Made by a program: the position numbers and the translations under genes | The notes under the pieces: model-generated | Databases searched by the model: none | Told to the model about the DNA's origin: nothing | What the model saw: only the letters and a program-made list of their open reading frames with translations | Shown: positions 19,675-29,476 of the stretch, one piece after another | Position numbering within the stretch: the stretch's first letter is position 1 | How the letters are laid out: each line of letters starts with the position of its first letter | Source of the DNA: Patescibacteria group bacterium | Lineage (GTDB): Bacteria; Patescibacteriota; Minisyncoccia; Phycocordibacterales; CAIZLB01 | DNA: 64,000 nucleotides | Reading direction: 5' to 3' | NCBI GenBank assembly: GCA_040384445.1 | Contig: JAZKJG010000001.1 | Coordinates: 249,483-313,482, forward strand

Positions 19675-20409
19675 TTAGTTACGTACCTTGTCCATCACAT
19701 AGGCACTAATAAACTTACTTGTAGGAGCACCTGCCTCAACTCCTTGTGTTTTTGCTTTTTCCAGTACATCAGCAATTCGTACAATAGGTTTATAGATTAT
19801 TGATACCAAAGGTCTACGGAATGTAAAAACTTTAAACCAATCAATACGTTCAAACCCACTCAATTTTACAGGAATAATATCAGTCATTGTATATTCCGCA
19901 AGAAATCCAATTCCTCCTTTAGGCTCACTTGGTTTAAGTGTATTAACACTAATTTTACCTTCGGGGAAAATACACACTGATTTTCCATATTCAAGTAGTT
20001 CTATGTGATTTACAAGTGACGCGTGGTAGTCACGCATACCAAGATATGCCGGATACGCTCCAAGCATTTTAAAGAATGTTCCTCCGTATAAATACTTTCT
20101 CCATCCAAATTTTTCATATTGATAGTGGTCTTTTGTCATTGCCACAAAATACATAGGTGAAAAAATCGTGTGAAATGGAAGCATTGTTTGTACCATAACA
20201 CCATCCCATTCACTCACGTGATTTGGGGCAAATAATAGACCTTTTTCGTTTGCGTGAACAGCTTTAAGTTCTGCCGCAGCTTCTTTTTCTCCAACAACTT
20301 GTAATCTAAACAATAGTTTAAAAAGTACTAGAGTCGATAATTTAATAATTAACTGTAAGATAATTTGGATTTTTTCTATGTGGTCATTTTTACGACTTCC
20401 TATACTCAT
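19675..20409 (-). CDS. PlsC-like acyltransferase
   Basis: NHVSEWD, IFPEG, IIPV. Confidence 0.85.
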   Translation of the reverse strand: MSIGSRKNDHIEKIQIILQLIIKLSTLVLFKLLFRLQVVGEKEAAAELKAVHANEKGLLFAPNHVSEWDGVMVQTMLPFHTIFSPMYFVAMTKDHYQYEKFGWRKYLYGGTFFKMLGAYPAYLGMRDYHASLVNHIELLEYGKSVCIFPEGKISVNTLKPSEPKGGIGFLAEYTMTDIIPVKLSGFERIDWFKVFTFRRPLVSIIYKPIVRIADVLEKAKTQGVEAGAPTSKFISAYVMDKVRN

Positions 20410-20456
20410 GTTAGTATTATACTATAGTTTTTCATATTTTGCAAGTTTTAGCCTTT

Positions 20457-20963
20457 TTACTTAAAATCCCCCTTTCCGAATCCGATATCAAACTTCTGCT
20501 TAGATAAAATAAACACTGAGATCATGGGTACAATCACGCAAACGAGGTAGCCTAAATTAGTCTGAAAAAATACTTCAAAGGGCTTACCAAGATTAAATAC
20601 ATCTTTATCTGGGAGTACGTGGAAACACACACCTATTGTCAGTAAAACTATTCCAAGAGATAAAACAATAGACTCAGCAACCCCCTTCAAACTATGATGC
20701 AGTTTGAACTCATTTACAATACGAATCATAGAAATATACACAGGAATAAGTACGAGAATAAATAAAGCAGTATGCATTGTAAACTCACTCGCTCCAAAAT
20801 TCATCTTATTTAAAAAATCAGTTCCCGCATATCCTATGATTGCTTTATAGATCACAGCTGTCGGATACGTCATCAAGATAATATTGAACAGCACATGTTT
20901 TCCACGCACGAAACACAACAGTACGAATGTGAATAAAACTATGTAGAGTGCTAAATATTGCAT
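20457..20963 (-). CDS. Hypothetical multi-pass membrane protein
   Basis: 168 aa, about 5 hydrophobic segments. Confidence 0.7.
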   Translation of the reverse strand: MQYLALYIVLFTFVLLCFVRGKHVLFNIILMTYPTAVIYKAIIGYAGTDFLNKMNFGASEFTMHTALFILVLIPVYISMIRIVNEFKLHHSLKGVAESIVLSLGIVLLTIGVCFHVLPDKDVFNLGKPFEVFFQTNLGYLVCVIVPMISVFILSKQKFDIGFGKGDFK

Positions 20964-20978
20964 GATGATATTGTAGCA

Positions 20979-22085
20979 CTAATATCCTGCCTTCTTCAAA
21001 GATTCAATCGCATGTTTAACCTCAGACGAAACTTTTTTTGGCATTTCAACTTTAATCGTAATCATCATATCACCTCTTTTTGATCCACCTCTACCACTAT
21101 CTATCACTCCTCCCTTTTCTTTTGCTCGAAGAATATCTCCGCTTCCAACTCCTGAAGGAACTTCTAATGTAAATTTTTGGTCAAATGAATTAATCACAAC
21201 ATCCCCTCCTCCAAGTGCAACTGAAAGTGGAATTGATTGTGTCATGTAGACTGTACTTTTCTCTTTTCTAAATATCATATCTGGTTTTACTGACACCCGG
21301 ATATATAAATCTCCTGCAACATTTCCAAGCCCACCTTCAACTTCACCTCGTCCTTGTACACGGAGTGATTCACCATTGTTGATTCCAGCCGGAATATGAA
21401 CTGTGATACTTTCTTTTTGTTTTGTAACTCCTGCACCTTTACATGTATGACATACACGAACCGGTATTTTTCCTGCACCGTCACACACATCACACACGTA
21501 TTGTTGTTCAACTTGTCCAAAAATAGATCGTTGCATTTTTGTGATATGGCCTGATCCTTTACACGTATCACATTTTTTAAAATCACTTCCAGGCTCTGCT
21601 TTACTTCCTTTACATGATACACAGGTATTGTGTCGAGAATATTCTATTGTTTTATCAATTCCAAGTGCAGAGTCTTTAAATGAAAGTGACACATCGACAG
21701 CAATGTCTGCTCCACGAGTTCTACTTCCACCTCTTGTTGCTCCACCTCTTCGCCCACCACTAAACATAGATCCAAAAATATCACCAAGATCAAATTCCAT
21801 ATCTGCTCCTTGTCCTTGTGAAAATCCCGAGAAATCAAAACCACCAAATCCTTGCCCAGCATGAGCTCCACCATGTGATGGACCTTCTGAACCGAACGTA
21901 TCATAGTGTTGACGTTTTTTGGCATCAGACAACGTACTGTATGCCTGATTTATTTCTTTAAATTTTTCATCTTTTCCTCCGTTTTTATCAGGATGATGTT
22001 CTAGTGCAAGTTTTCGAAATGCCTTTTTGATCTCGTCTTGTGACGCATTTTTCTCAACTCCAAGAATCTTATAATAGTCTTTCAT
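20979..22085 (-). CDS. dnaJ: Chaperone DnaJ
   Basis: HPD, G/F region, four CxxCxGxG repeats. Confidence 0.97.
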   Translation of the reverse strand: MKDYYKILGVEKNASQDEIKKAFRKLALEHHPDKNGGKDEKFKEINQAYSTLSDAKKRQHYDTFGSEGPSHGGAHAGQGFGGFDFSGFSQGQGADMEFDLGDIFGSMFSGGRRGGATRGGSRTRGADIAVDVSLSFKDSALGIDKTIEYSRHNTCVSCKGSKAEPGSDFKKCDTCKGSGHITKMQRSIFGQVEQQYVCDVCDGAGKIPVRVCHTCKGAGVTKQKESITVHIPAGINNGESLRVQGRGEVEGGLGNVAGDLYIRVSVKPDMIFRKEKSTVYMTQSIPLSVALGGGDVVINSFDQKFTLEVPSGVGSGDILRAKEKGGVIDSGRGGSKRGDMMITIKVEMPKKVSSEVKHAIESLKKAGY

Positions 22086-22131
22086 GGGCCAATAATATCA
22101 TATCTGTCAATAATCTGCTTACGATAGGATT

Positions 22132-23424
22132 TTACTTCGGAAAATACACCAATGGATCAAGATACGCATTAACAGCAGATACAGGCATTGTCATACTTGT
22201 TCCAGGACATGAGTTACTTGGTCGAGTTACTGGATTTACAGCATCAGCAGCATACATACTTACATGTAAGTGAGGACCAGTTGAATATCCTGTGTTTCCA
22301 CTATATCCAACAACATCTCCTGCAGATACAGCTTGTCCAGGTGTTACAGAAATCTGTGATAAGTGTCCATATGTGGTTGCGAGACCGTTGTCGTATTTAA
22401 TAAGAATCCATTTTCCAAAAGAAACACCTCGACAATCTTTATCAGTATCTCCTGTTCCTGCAACTTTTCCATTTCCAGCAGATTTAAGAGGAGTTCCAAC
22501 AGGTGCTCTAAAGTCAACACCGTTATGTGTTCCTGATACATACAGTCTACCTGATGCATTTGTCTTACCGAACTTTTGAGTAATATACACATTATCTACC
22601 GGCCACTCGAGAGCGGTTGAGTTTGCTTTAGGCAGTGATCCAGGATTCAACACATATGTTAGTTTCTTTTCGTATTCAAAGATTTCTTTTTCAAACGCTA
22701 TTTTTTTCTTTTTCTTATCATCGAGAATTGCTTTGTAGTTTTTCTCTTGATTTTTAGTGAGCGCTAATTCTTTCTTCTGTTCTGCTTTTGCAATGTCCAA
22801 ACTTTTTTGCTTTGTTTGTAGTTTTACTTTTTCAGATTCAAGTTCTTGCTTCTTCTTTAATTCCCCTTCTTTGTTCGTTTCTAGAACTTCTTTTTCTTTC
22901 ACCACATCTTTTACAAGTTTATCCATTTCTTCTTGAATAACCTGAAGGTGATCAATATCTTGCACTGAACTCAAAATATTTCTATTTGCAAGAAAGTTCT
23001 CAATTACATTAATATCATCAGCAATATATTGTGAGTAAATTGTTTCAATAAGTCCAGCACGAATTCGCACCAGTTTTTCTTCACCTCCTTGAATTTCTGT
23101 TGAGAGCTGGGTGATTTCTAAATTACTCTTATCGATAGAAGTCTGACTTTTCTTAATATCAAGAGTCACAGAACTTACCTGTCGCTCAAGACCTTTAATA
23201 TATCCATTTAAAGTTTCTGCTTCTTTAGAAGATTTATCTGCGAGTTCCGCATATGCTTTAATTTCTTTTTCAAGATCAGCAATAAGCCGAGCACGTTCGT
23301 TGATTTGAGCTTGCAGTTGTGCAGCATCAGTAGGAGCTACTGTCTGTGCGTACACATATGTACACGATACACCCAATACACTCACCATAATTACTCCAAT
23401 TATAATATGTAGCAGTCTTTGCAT
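22132..23424 (-). CDS. Coiled-coil M23 peptidase (EnvC/MepM-like)
   Basis: Signal peptide, long coiled coil, HNGVD, YGHLS, STGPHLH. Confidence 0.9.
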   Translation of the reverse strand: MQRLLHIIIGVIMVSVLGVSCTYVYAQTVAPTDAAQLQAQINERARLIADLEKEIKAYAELADKSSKEAETLNGYIKGLERQVSSVTLDIKKSQTSIDKSNLEITQLSTEIQGGEEKLVRIRAGLIETIYSQYIADDINVIENFLANRNILSSVQDIDHLQVIQEEMDKLVKDVVKEKEVLETNKEGELKKKQELESEKVKLQTKQKSLDIAKAEQKKELALTKNQEKNYKAILDDKKKKKIAFEKEIFEYEKKLTYVLNPGSLPKANSTALEWPVDNVYITQKFGKTNASGRLYVSGTHNGVDFRAPVGTPLKSAGNGKVAGTGDTDKDCRGVSFGKWILIKYDNGLATTYGHLSQISVTPGQAVSAGDVVGYSGNTGYSTGPHLHVSMYAADAVNPVTRPSNSCPGTSMTMPVSAVNAYLDPLVYFPK

Positions 23425-23431
23425 ATGGCAC

Positions 23432-24811
23432 TTATTGTACCATGACATCAATAGCTTTTTGAACTCTGACCATACTTTCTGATTTTCCCAAAATATAAAG
23501 CATTGAAAATGGATCTACAGACTTCTCTTGAAGTGTCAGTGCAATTCGAAGTGGCCACAACACAATCCCTCTTCCTTTTTCTTCGGCGAAGCTCCATAGC
23601 TTTTCTTTTATACTTTCTACAGTGTTGTAATCTTCTTCTGTTGTATTCTCTAAAATAGACTTCACTTCATTTAAAATAGCTGCAGTAGACTCCTTTGTGA
23701 CTTCAGTTCCTTTTCTCATTTTCTCTGGAACTAATAGTAAGTTTGAAATTTCTTCTGTACTCAGTGATGAATTTGAAGAATATAAATATGTATATGATGG
23801 ATCAGTATCCATATTTGCGAGTTCTCCAGCATACGAAAGTCTATCTCGAACTATGAGTAAAATTTTCTTAAGTGAGGCTGTATCTACATTTTCTACAACA
23901 GATGTTGGTATAAATGGAGTTACATACTCTATATAGGCATCTTCTGACATGAGCTTCATGTGCTCTTGATTGAACCAATCGAGTTTTACAGGATTAAACA
24001 CAGCTCCGCCTTTTTGTACTTTTGAAAGATCGAAAACTTGAATGAGTTCATCAAGTGTGTAAATTTCTTTTTCTCCACCTGGATTAAATCCGATGAATGC
24101 AGCTGCGTTTAGGATAGCCGATGGTAGGTATCCCATCTTCTTATACTCCAATACAGAAAGTGCCCCTTTTCGTTTTGAAAGTTTTTGTTTATCTTCACCA
24201 AGTACAAGAGGGATATGTGCGTACTCAGGAATTTTTCCACTAAGTGCTTCAATCAAAAGAATTTGTCGTGGTGTATTTGAAATATGATCCATCCCTCGAA
24301 TCACATGTGTTACACCAGATTCCATATCATCAACCACTACTGCTAAGTGATATAGTGGATCGTTTATATTTCGTGCAATAACAAAATCACCCAGATCAGT
24401 ACTGTCTACTGAAATTTCTCCTAGAATTAAATCATTAAATACAACTCTCTTGTTTGGGTTTTTAAATCGAACAATTTCTTTAATTACTCCGCTTCCATCT
24501 TTTGCTTCTTCTTTTGAAATATATGCATGTCCAGCATCAATAAGCGTATGAATTGCTTTTGTGTGTGATGCAACATTTTCAGTTTGAATAGAAACTTCTC
24601 CATCATATGATAGACCAAGCCACTCTAAACTTTCTAAAATTCCATCTTGATACTCTTTCTTTGATCGCTCTTTATCTGTATCTTCGATTCGGAGTAAAAA
24701 TTTTCCTCCTTTTTGTTTTGCATATAAATAGTTAAAAATTGCAGTACGGTATGAACCGATGTGAGCGTGACCTGTCGGACTTGGTGGAAATCGTACGACG
24801 ATGTGTGACAT
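23432..24811 (-). CDS. gltX: Glutamyl-tRNA synthetase
   Basis: RFPPSPTGHAHIG, RIEDTD, KLSKR. Confidence 0.95.
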   Translation of the reverse strand: MSHIVVRFPPSPTGHAHIGSYRTAIFNYLYAKQKGGKFLLRIEDTDKERSKKEYQDGILESLEWLGLSYDGEVSIQTENVASHTKAIHTLIDAGHAYISKEEAKDGSGVIKEIVRFKNPNKRVVFNDLILGEISVDSTDLGDFVIARNINDPLYHLAVVVDDMESGVTHVIRGMDHISNTPRQILLIEALSGKIPEYAHIPLVLGEDKQKLSKRKGALSVLEYKKMGYLPSAILNAAAFIGFNPGGEKEIYTLDELIQVFDLSKVQKGGAVFNPVKLDWFNQEHMKLMSEDAYIEYVTPFIPTSVVENVDTASLKKILLIVRDRLSYAGELANMDTDPSYTYLYSSNSSLSTEEISNLLLVPEKMRKGTEVTKESTAAILNEVKSILENTTEEDYNTVESIKEKLWSFAEEKGRGIVLWPLRIALTLQEKSVDPFSMLYILGKSESMVRVQKAIDVMVQ

Positions 24812-24815
24812 ATAA

Positions 24816-25025
24816 TTATCTTCTTCTTACTAGTTTTGGTTTTCCTCCGTATGAATCTAATTCAATCTCTACTGTATCTCCAACTAAAATTCGAATTCGG
24901 TTGTATTTCATTTTACCACTTAAATACGCAAGCATAAGAGTTCCATCTTCAAGTTGCACACGAAAATGAGTGTCTGGGAGTGATTCTACCACTGTTCCGG
25001 TGAGGATGATTTTGTCTTGTGCCAT
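24816..25025 (-). CDS. infA: Translation initiation factor IF-1
   Basis: GTVVESLP, AYLSGKM, IRILVGD. Confidence 0.96.
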   Translation of the reverse strand: MAQDKIILTGTVVESLPDTHFRVQLEDGTLMLAYLSGKMKYNRIRILVGDTVEIELDSYGGKPKLVRRR

Positions 25026-25155
25026 ATGGGGTTATGGTACAGTAGAATGGTAATTTTGGCAATTGAGGTTGACAGGTAGTATATGTATGGTATTATATAT
25101 CCAGGCACTTTATATTTGAAGAGTGCTAATTTCAAACCATCATTTGATATTTATT

Positions 25156-25410
25156 ATGGACGATAGAGATTATTGGCTCAAAGAAGACGGAGAACTATGG
25201 AAGAATGTAACTCGGAGTGAGTTTACATATGCCGAACGTCGTGCGGGATACAAGCCTAAAGTAGGCGGTAGTCCTGTAGCAACTCCAGGCTTTTCAAAAG
25301 GCACTGTTGAGGGTCGAATTACCTACCCGGACACTAACCCTTCAGCATATGCGGACTGGGATCCAGCTTTTGCAAAAATTTTGGAAGCACACCAAGCAGT
25401 GGCTGCGTAA
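25156..25410 (+). CDS. Orphan protein, array cassette 1
   Basis: 84 aa from ATG 25156; TTGACA 25069 / TATTAT 25091; terminator 25425-25455. Confidence 0.7.
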   Translation: MDDRDYWLKEDGELWKNVTRSEFTYAERRAGYKPKVGGSPVATPGFSKGTVEGRITYPDTNPSAYADWDPAFAKILEAHQAVAA

Positions 25411-25564
25411 TTGCCACAACTATAGAACACCGACCAGAAATGGTATCGGTGTTTTCTTTTTGTTGACACATCACTTTATTAGTGGTATTTTTCACACAGT
25501 ACATTCATCAGGTAGAGGTCCCAGAAAAACCCAGGTGTCCTTATTACACCAAAGATATATACGT

Positions 25565-25774
25565 ATGCAACTTTCTTACCCTCCAGATACAGCCTTATGT
25601 GATATGTGTGGTGGACATGAAGTTGAATGTCATGTATGTGAAGGCAGACGTCATGTCTCAAAACACAGCCCACATGCAAGGCGATGCGCGGGTGATCAAT
25701 GCTTCAAAGTCGTCCCTTCAGACGCAGTCTTCACACTTTACTGCACTATACGTTGCAAATTCACAAACGAATAA
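25565..25774 (+). CDS. Small Cys/His-rich (zinc-finger-like) orphan protein, array cassette 2
   Basis: 69 aa with CDMC, CHVC, CAGDQC, CTIRC; TTGACA 25463-17-TATTTT; terminator 25777-25809. Confidence 0.6.
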   Translation: MQLSYPPDTALCDMCGGHEVECHVCEGRRHVSKHSPHARRCAGDQCFKVVPSDAVFTLYCTIRCKFTNE

Positions 25775-25817
25775 TAACTCACCGCTCGGGAATTCCCGCT
25801 TCGGTGGGTTTTCTTTT

Positions 25818-25841
25818 TTGATGAAAGTACTTTGTTTGACA
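25818..25841 (+). repeat. 24-bp direct repeat copy 1 (ends in -35 TTGACA)
   Basis: ttgatgaaagtactttgtttgaca, identical to 26486-26509. Confidence 0.95.
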
Positions 25842-25929
25842 TTTTACAGAGTAATGATACTGTTACTCTCGGCACTGAAGAAAGGTAGTACTCAGTCCAG
25901 CACCTCATATTTAACAAAAGGAGTCTCGT

Positions 25930-26259
25930 ATGGTAACACTCACGACTAGTCACAAAAATCCTCGCAGAAAATTTCGGAAATTTAATCGGAAGAAAGTAGT
26001 GAAGCTACTTGAACAGGCGCCGAAGTTCTTTATTTTTCACAAGTTTGTCAGGTGTCACTTTAACGACGAAATTAGGGTTTTAAATCTTGATACTCATCTC
26101 AACCTCGGAAAATACGGCAGGTTTGCACTTGTTGCCTTTGACGGATCCTCAGCAATCATCATGCACAGAGCACGACGTCAAAAAAACGATCGATTCATTT
26201 CCATTAGGAACAACAAAAATGTTAAGATCGGACACGGCATGTTCGTTGAGGAACGGTAA
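25930..26259 (+). CDS. Basic orphan protein, array cassette 3
   Basis: 109 aa, AAGGAG SD upstream. Confidence 0.6.
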   Translation: MVTLTTSHKNPRRKFRKFNRKKVVKLLEQAPKFFIFHKFVRCHFNDEIRVLNLDTHLNLGKYGRFALVAFDGSSAIIMHRARRQKNDRFISIRNNKNVKIGHGMFVEER

Positions 26260-26281
26260 ACATCTCCCTCGCATACCTTTC

Positions 26282-26437
26282 ATGGAAAATATTATTCAAG
26301 CCCTATTTGGAATCCTTAAAATTATTGGATGCCTTCTTACTGTTGTCGTTATTGTATGCATCATTTGCTACAAGGAAATGCCACATGTCTGGACATGCAT
26401 AACAATACTCTGGGAAGAATGGAGGAAAAAGAAGTGA
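26282..26437 (+). CDS. Small membrane protein, array cassette 3
   Basis: 51 aa MENIIQALFG...WRKKK, stop abuts the terminator. Confidence 0.5.
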   Translation: MENIIQALFGILKIIGCLLTVVVIVCIICYKEMPHVWTCITILWEEWRKKK

Positions 26438-26438
26438 T

Positions 26439-26479
26439 TAAAACAACCTCCCGCACTGTCATGGTGTGGGAGGGTTTTT
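26439..26479 (+). repeat. 41-bp direct repeat copy 1 (terminator hairpin)
   Basis: 39/41 identical to 27285-27325. Confidence 0.95.
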
Positions 26480-26485
26480 GTTTTC

Positions 26486-26509
26486 TTGATGAAAGTACTT
26501 TGTTTGACA
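26486..26509 (+). repeat. 24-bp direct repeat copy 2
   Basis: Identical to 25818-25841. Confidence 0.95.
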
Positions 26510-26567
26510 CAACCATTGACATGTGGTATTTTGCAAACAGAAACAAAACCTTTACTACCCTACCCTC

Positions 26568-27287
26568 ATGACCCTTGAAGAATTCCTGTCTCACTTTGGA
26601 AAAATATACGGAAAAAACAATAGGATATTTTATTCTCCTTTAGAGCACGTTGGATTTATCTCCGCTGCCATTCGGAATGTTCAAGAAACGCTGCGCAAAA
26701 AACCTGGCAACACAAGAGCTCTTGAAGAATCAATCGGCGGTCTCATTGCTCGAATTTTTGCAATCGCAACATTCTATCGGAAATTACCATTGAACAGTGG
26801 CTTTTGTACTAAATTCCCAGCCGGAGTTTGCGGAGATTGCCAGACATCAACATGTTCTTGTGATTATCAAAATCGTCCCAAGCATTCTGGAAATAAGCCT
26901 CCTGAAGAACAGTTCGCCTGGACATTGGCACAGCATCAAGAAAACATGCGAGCAGTATATGGACAAAGCAACACCGAAAAAGGAGGCACTTCTTTCTGCT
27001 TCGAAAGACTTCATTCCGAAGCTGCAGAACTTGTCTCGATTCTAATCGGTTCCGATTACACAGGTTGCACCGCTGTTGAAATTGAAAAAGGTCTCGTGGA
27101 AGAAATTTCCGATGTTTTGGCTTGGACATTGTCTTTAGCTGTTCAACTCAATGTCGATGCACAACATGTTGCTCTCCATATGTATGGCAATGGGTGTCCT
27201 ATCTGCTCCGACAATCCATGTAGGTGTCAAAAGTTCAGAATCGATCCGAGAAATCAGATTGAAACTGCCCGGACTCAACCCGCGTAA
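26568..27287 (+). CDS. Twin-domain MazG-like nucleotide pyrophosphohydrolase with Cys clusters, array cassette 4
   Basis: SEAAEL and EEISDVLAW in domain 2; each half ends in CxxC-x3-CxC. Confidence 0.72.
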   Translation: MTLEEFLSHFGKIYGKNNRIFYSPLEHVGFISAAIRNVQETLRKKPGNTRALEESIGGLIARIFAIATFYRKLPLNSGFCTKFPAGVCGDCQTSTCSCDYQNRPKHSGNKPPEEQFAWTLAQHQENMRAVYGQSNTEKGGTSFCFERLHSEAAELVSILIGSDYTGCTAVEIEKGLVEEISDVLAWTLSLAVQLNVDAQHVALHMYGNGCPICSDNPCRCQKFRIDPRNQIETARTQPA

Positions 27288-27325
27288 AACAACCTCCCAC
27301 ACTGTTATGGTGTGGGAGGGTTTTT
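27285..27325 (+). repeat. 41-bp direct repeat copy 2 (terminator hairpin)
   Basis: taaaacaacctcccacactgttatggtgtgggagggttttt. Confidence 0.95.
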
Positions 27326-27370
27326 TGTTTTTATACTTGACCGTATACATAATAGGCGCTATTATACTTG

Positions 27371-27562
27371 AGGAAAACTGGTTGTAACAAACACTGAAGC
27401 AAAATCTAGATTGTGAGTAGTGTCAATTTTCAACCCAAGACTTAACAAACACGAACCTAAATTTATTCAGCAAGTACTGTCACTTTAAGTTATGAAAAGA
27501 ATTCCCCCGTTTGCTCGTTTTTCCGTTCAAACCCCTCCTTCGCACCGAAGGAGGGGTTTTTT
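27371..27562 (+). ncRNA. Candidate non-coding RNA (~190 nt), array unit 5
   Basis: TTGACC-17-TATTAT promoter, GGAAAAC/GTTTTTCC closing stem, 12-bp terminator stem 27531-27557, no contained ORF. Confidence 0.45.
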
Positions 27563-27572
27563 ATATTTATAT

Positions 27573-27896
27573 TCATTTATACATCTCATCACGAATTCTT
27601 GTCAGCCCCTCAATCACTTTTTCATCGGTGATCAGAGTAAATCTTGAAACTGATTCTCCGTCGATCTCAACATTTCCCATCCACATTTCAAGTGGACGGA
27701 TATCAAAGAACTTTCCTGCTTTGTAAACTGAGGATTCGTAGATGGGTTGATAAACCACAAAGTGCACATCATCTTCTTCCGTGTGATAACCCACACCTAC
27801 CACTTGGTATACATAATTATTCATTGAACCATTGGGATTGTGCTTGTAATGGTAGTAAAAAGCACCTTTAACTGGGATGTTGGTTGGAATTTTCAT
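27573..27896 (-). CDS. DUF1653-like protein
   Basis: YYHYKH, Y.V.G...HTE, VVYQPIY, RPLEMW, RF. Confidence 0.8.
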   Translation of the reverse strand: MKIPTNIPVKGAFYYHYKHNPNGSMNNYVYQVVGVGYHTEEDDVHFVVYQPIYESSVYKAGKFFDIRPLEMWMGNVEIDGESVSRFTLITDEKVIEGLTRIRDEMYK

Positions 27897-28040
27897 GTGG
27901 GGGTAGTATAGCATTTTTGGGAGAGGTGGAAATCTTTATCTTTTCTTTAACAAAACTTTTAAAAATATTTACATTGATAAAGTTATATTTATTTTGTGTT
28001 AAAATAATTAACATAAATTATTCATTATAAAAATCTATCC

Positions 28041-28778
28041 ATGCGAATATTACTTATCGAGGATGATGTCGATTTAGCAAAAAGTTTAGTAGAATGTCTT
28101 AAAACTGAACATATGATAGTAGACACTTGTGCAGAAGGTGATACTGGATCTTACGTAGCCAGAACCAATACCTATGACTTAATTCTTTTGGATCAAATTC
28201 TTCCTAAAAAATTAGGTACTGAAGTTTGTCAGGAACTCAGAAGATCTTATATTAAAACACCCATCCTAATAATGAGTGTGCGAAGTAATACAGAGGAGCG
28301 AATTTCATATCTCGAATCTGGTGCAGATGATTGTATTGCAAAACCGTTCTCAGTTGCTGAGTTAGTAATGAAGATAAAAGCATTAGTAAGAAGACCTTAC
28401 GATATCAAAGAGAGCGTAATTACAATAGATGACTTAACAATTGATGCAGGAACTCTAACAGTATCAAAAAATGGTAAAGGTTTATATTTTACCAGAAAAG
28501 AATTTTTAATTCTTGAACAAATTGCCAAAAAACCCGGACAAGTAGTAAGTCGTATGGATATTATGGACCATGTTTGGAATAAAGATTTTGATCCATTCTC
28601 AAACACGATAGAAACACATATTAGAAATATCCGTAAGAAAATTGGAGATAAAAGAAATACAAAAATAGAAACAGTTCCCGGGCGAGGATACAGGGTTTCA
28701 ACAAAAGAAACAGGTACTCTACGAGATCAAAGAATTCGAACCAATAAAAAGATTAACAAACCTACCCCCACTTCTTAA
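28041..28778 (+). CDS. OmpR/PhoB family response regulator
   Basis: LLIEDD, ILLDQILP, GADDCIAKPF, ETVPGRGY. Confidence 0.94.
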   Translation: MRILLIEDDVDLAKSLVECLKTEHMIVDTCAEGDTGSYVARTNTYDLILLDQILPKKLGTEVCQELRRSYIKTPILIMSVRSNTEERISYLESGADDCIAKPFSVAELVMKIKALVRRPYDIKESVITIDDLTIDAGTLTVSKNGKGLYFTRKEFLILEQIAKKPGQVVSRMDIMDHVWNKDFDPFSNTIETHIRNIRKKIGDKRNTKIETVPGRGYRVSTKETGTLRDQRIRTNKKINKPTPTS

Positions 28779-29463
28779 CCTGCAACCCCTTATACGCAGC
28801 CTGAGTCTCCGCTTCCTGCTTTGACTTCCCATCCCCGCTCGCGATGTGAATATCCCCCAAGAACACTCCGACTGTAAACAACTTATCATGATCTGGACCA
28901 AACTCTTTCATGAGCTCATATCGTGGAGTAACTCCAGCGTGTTCCTGTGACATTTCTTGAAACAAACTCTTTGGATCAATAAACTTCTTCTTCTCAATCA
29001 CTTCATGAATCAACGTATGCACATGCGCATCAATAAACTTTGCTGCAGCGTCATATCCAAGATCAAGATAAATAGCACCAATCAACGCTTCAATAGTGTT
29101 TGCCAAAATATATTGTCGTGCACGACCTGTATCTTTTGCTTCTCCTTTTGAAAGAAGTAGGTATGTGTTTAACCCAAGTTCTTCTGCAACAACCGCCAGT
29201 GTCTGTGCATTTACAAGTGCAGAGCGAAAGGCCGTCATTTCACCTTCAGGTTTTTTCGGATATGTTTTGTATAAAAAATTAGTTACAACCAATTCCAAAA
29301 CAGCATCTCCCAAAAACTCTAGTCGTTCGTTATGTTCTAGACCTGAATTTCTGTGTTCATTTAAATATGAACGGTGCGTAAATGCCTGAGCGAGTAAATG
29401 AATGTTTCCGAATTGTATTCCTAACTTTTTTGAGAGCTCTTCAAATTTTTCAATTTTTATCAT
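28762..29463 (-). CDS. rnc: Ribonuclease III
   Basis: NERLEFLGDAVL, EALIGAIYLD, dsRBD GPDH. Confidence 0.97.
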   Translation of the reverse strand: MIKIEKFEELSKKLGIQFGNIHLLAQAFTHRSYLNEHRNSGLEHNERLEFLGDAVLELVVTNFLYKTYPKKPEGEMTAFRSALVNAQTLAVVAEELGLNTYLLLSKGEAKDTGRARQYILANTIEALIGAIYLDLGYDAAAKFIDAHVHTLIHEVIEKKKFIDPKSLFQEMSQEHAGVTPRYELMKEFGPDHDKLFTVGVFLGDIHIASGDGKSKQEAETQAAYKGLQVKKWG

Positions 29464-29476
29464 ATGTTTCAATGTT

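Noticed and set aside
25865-25930. Hammerhead ribozyme (CTGAAGA)
   Set aside because: No stem II followed by GAAA, and no cleavage triplet context
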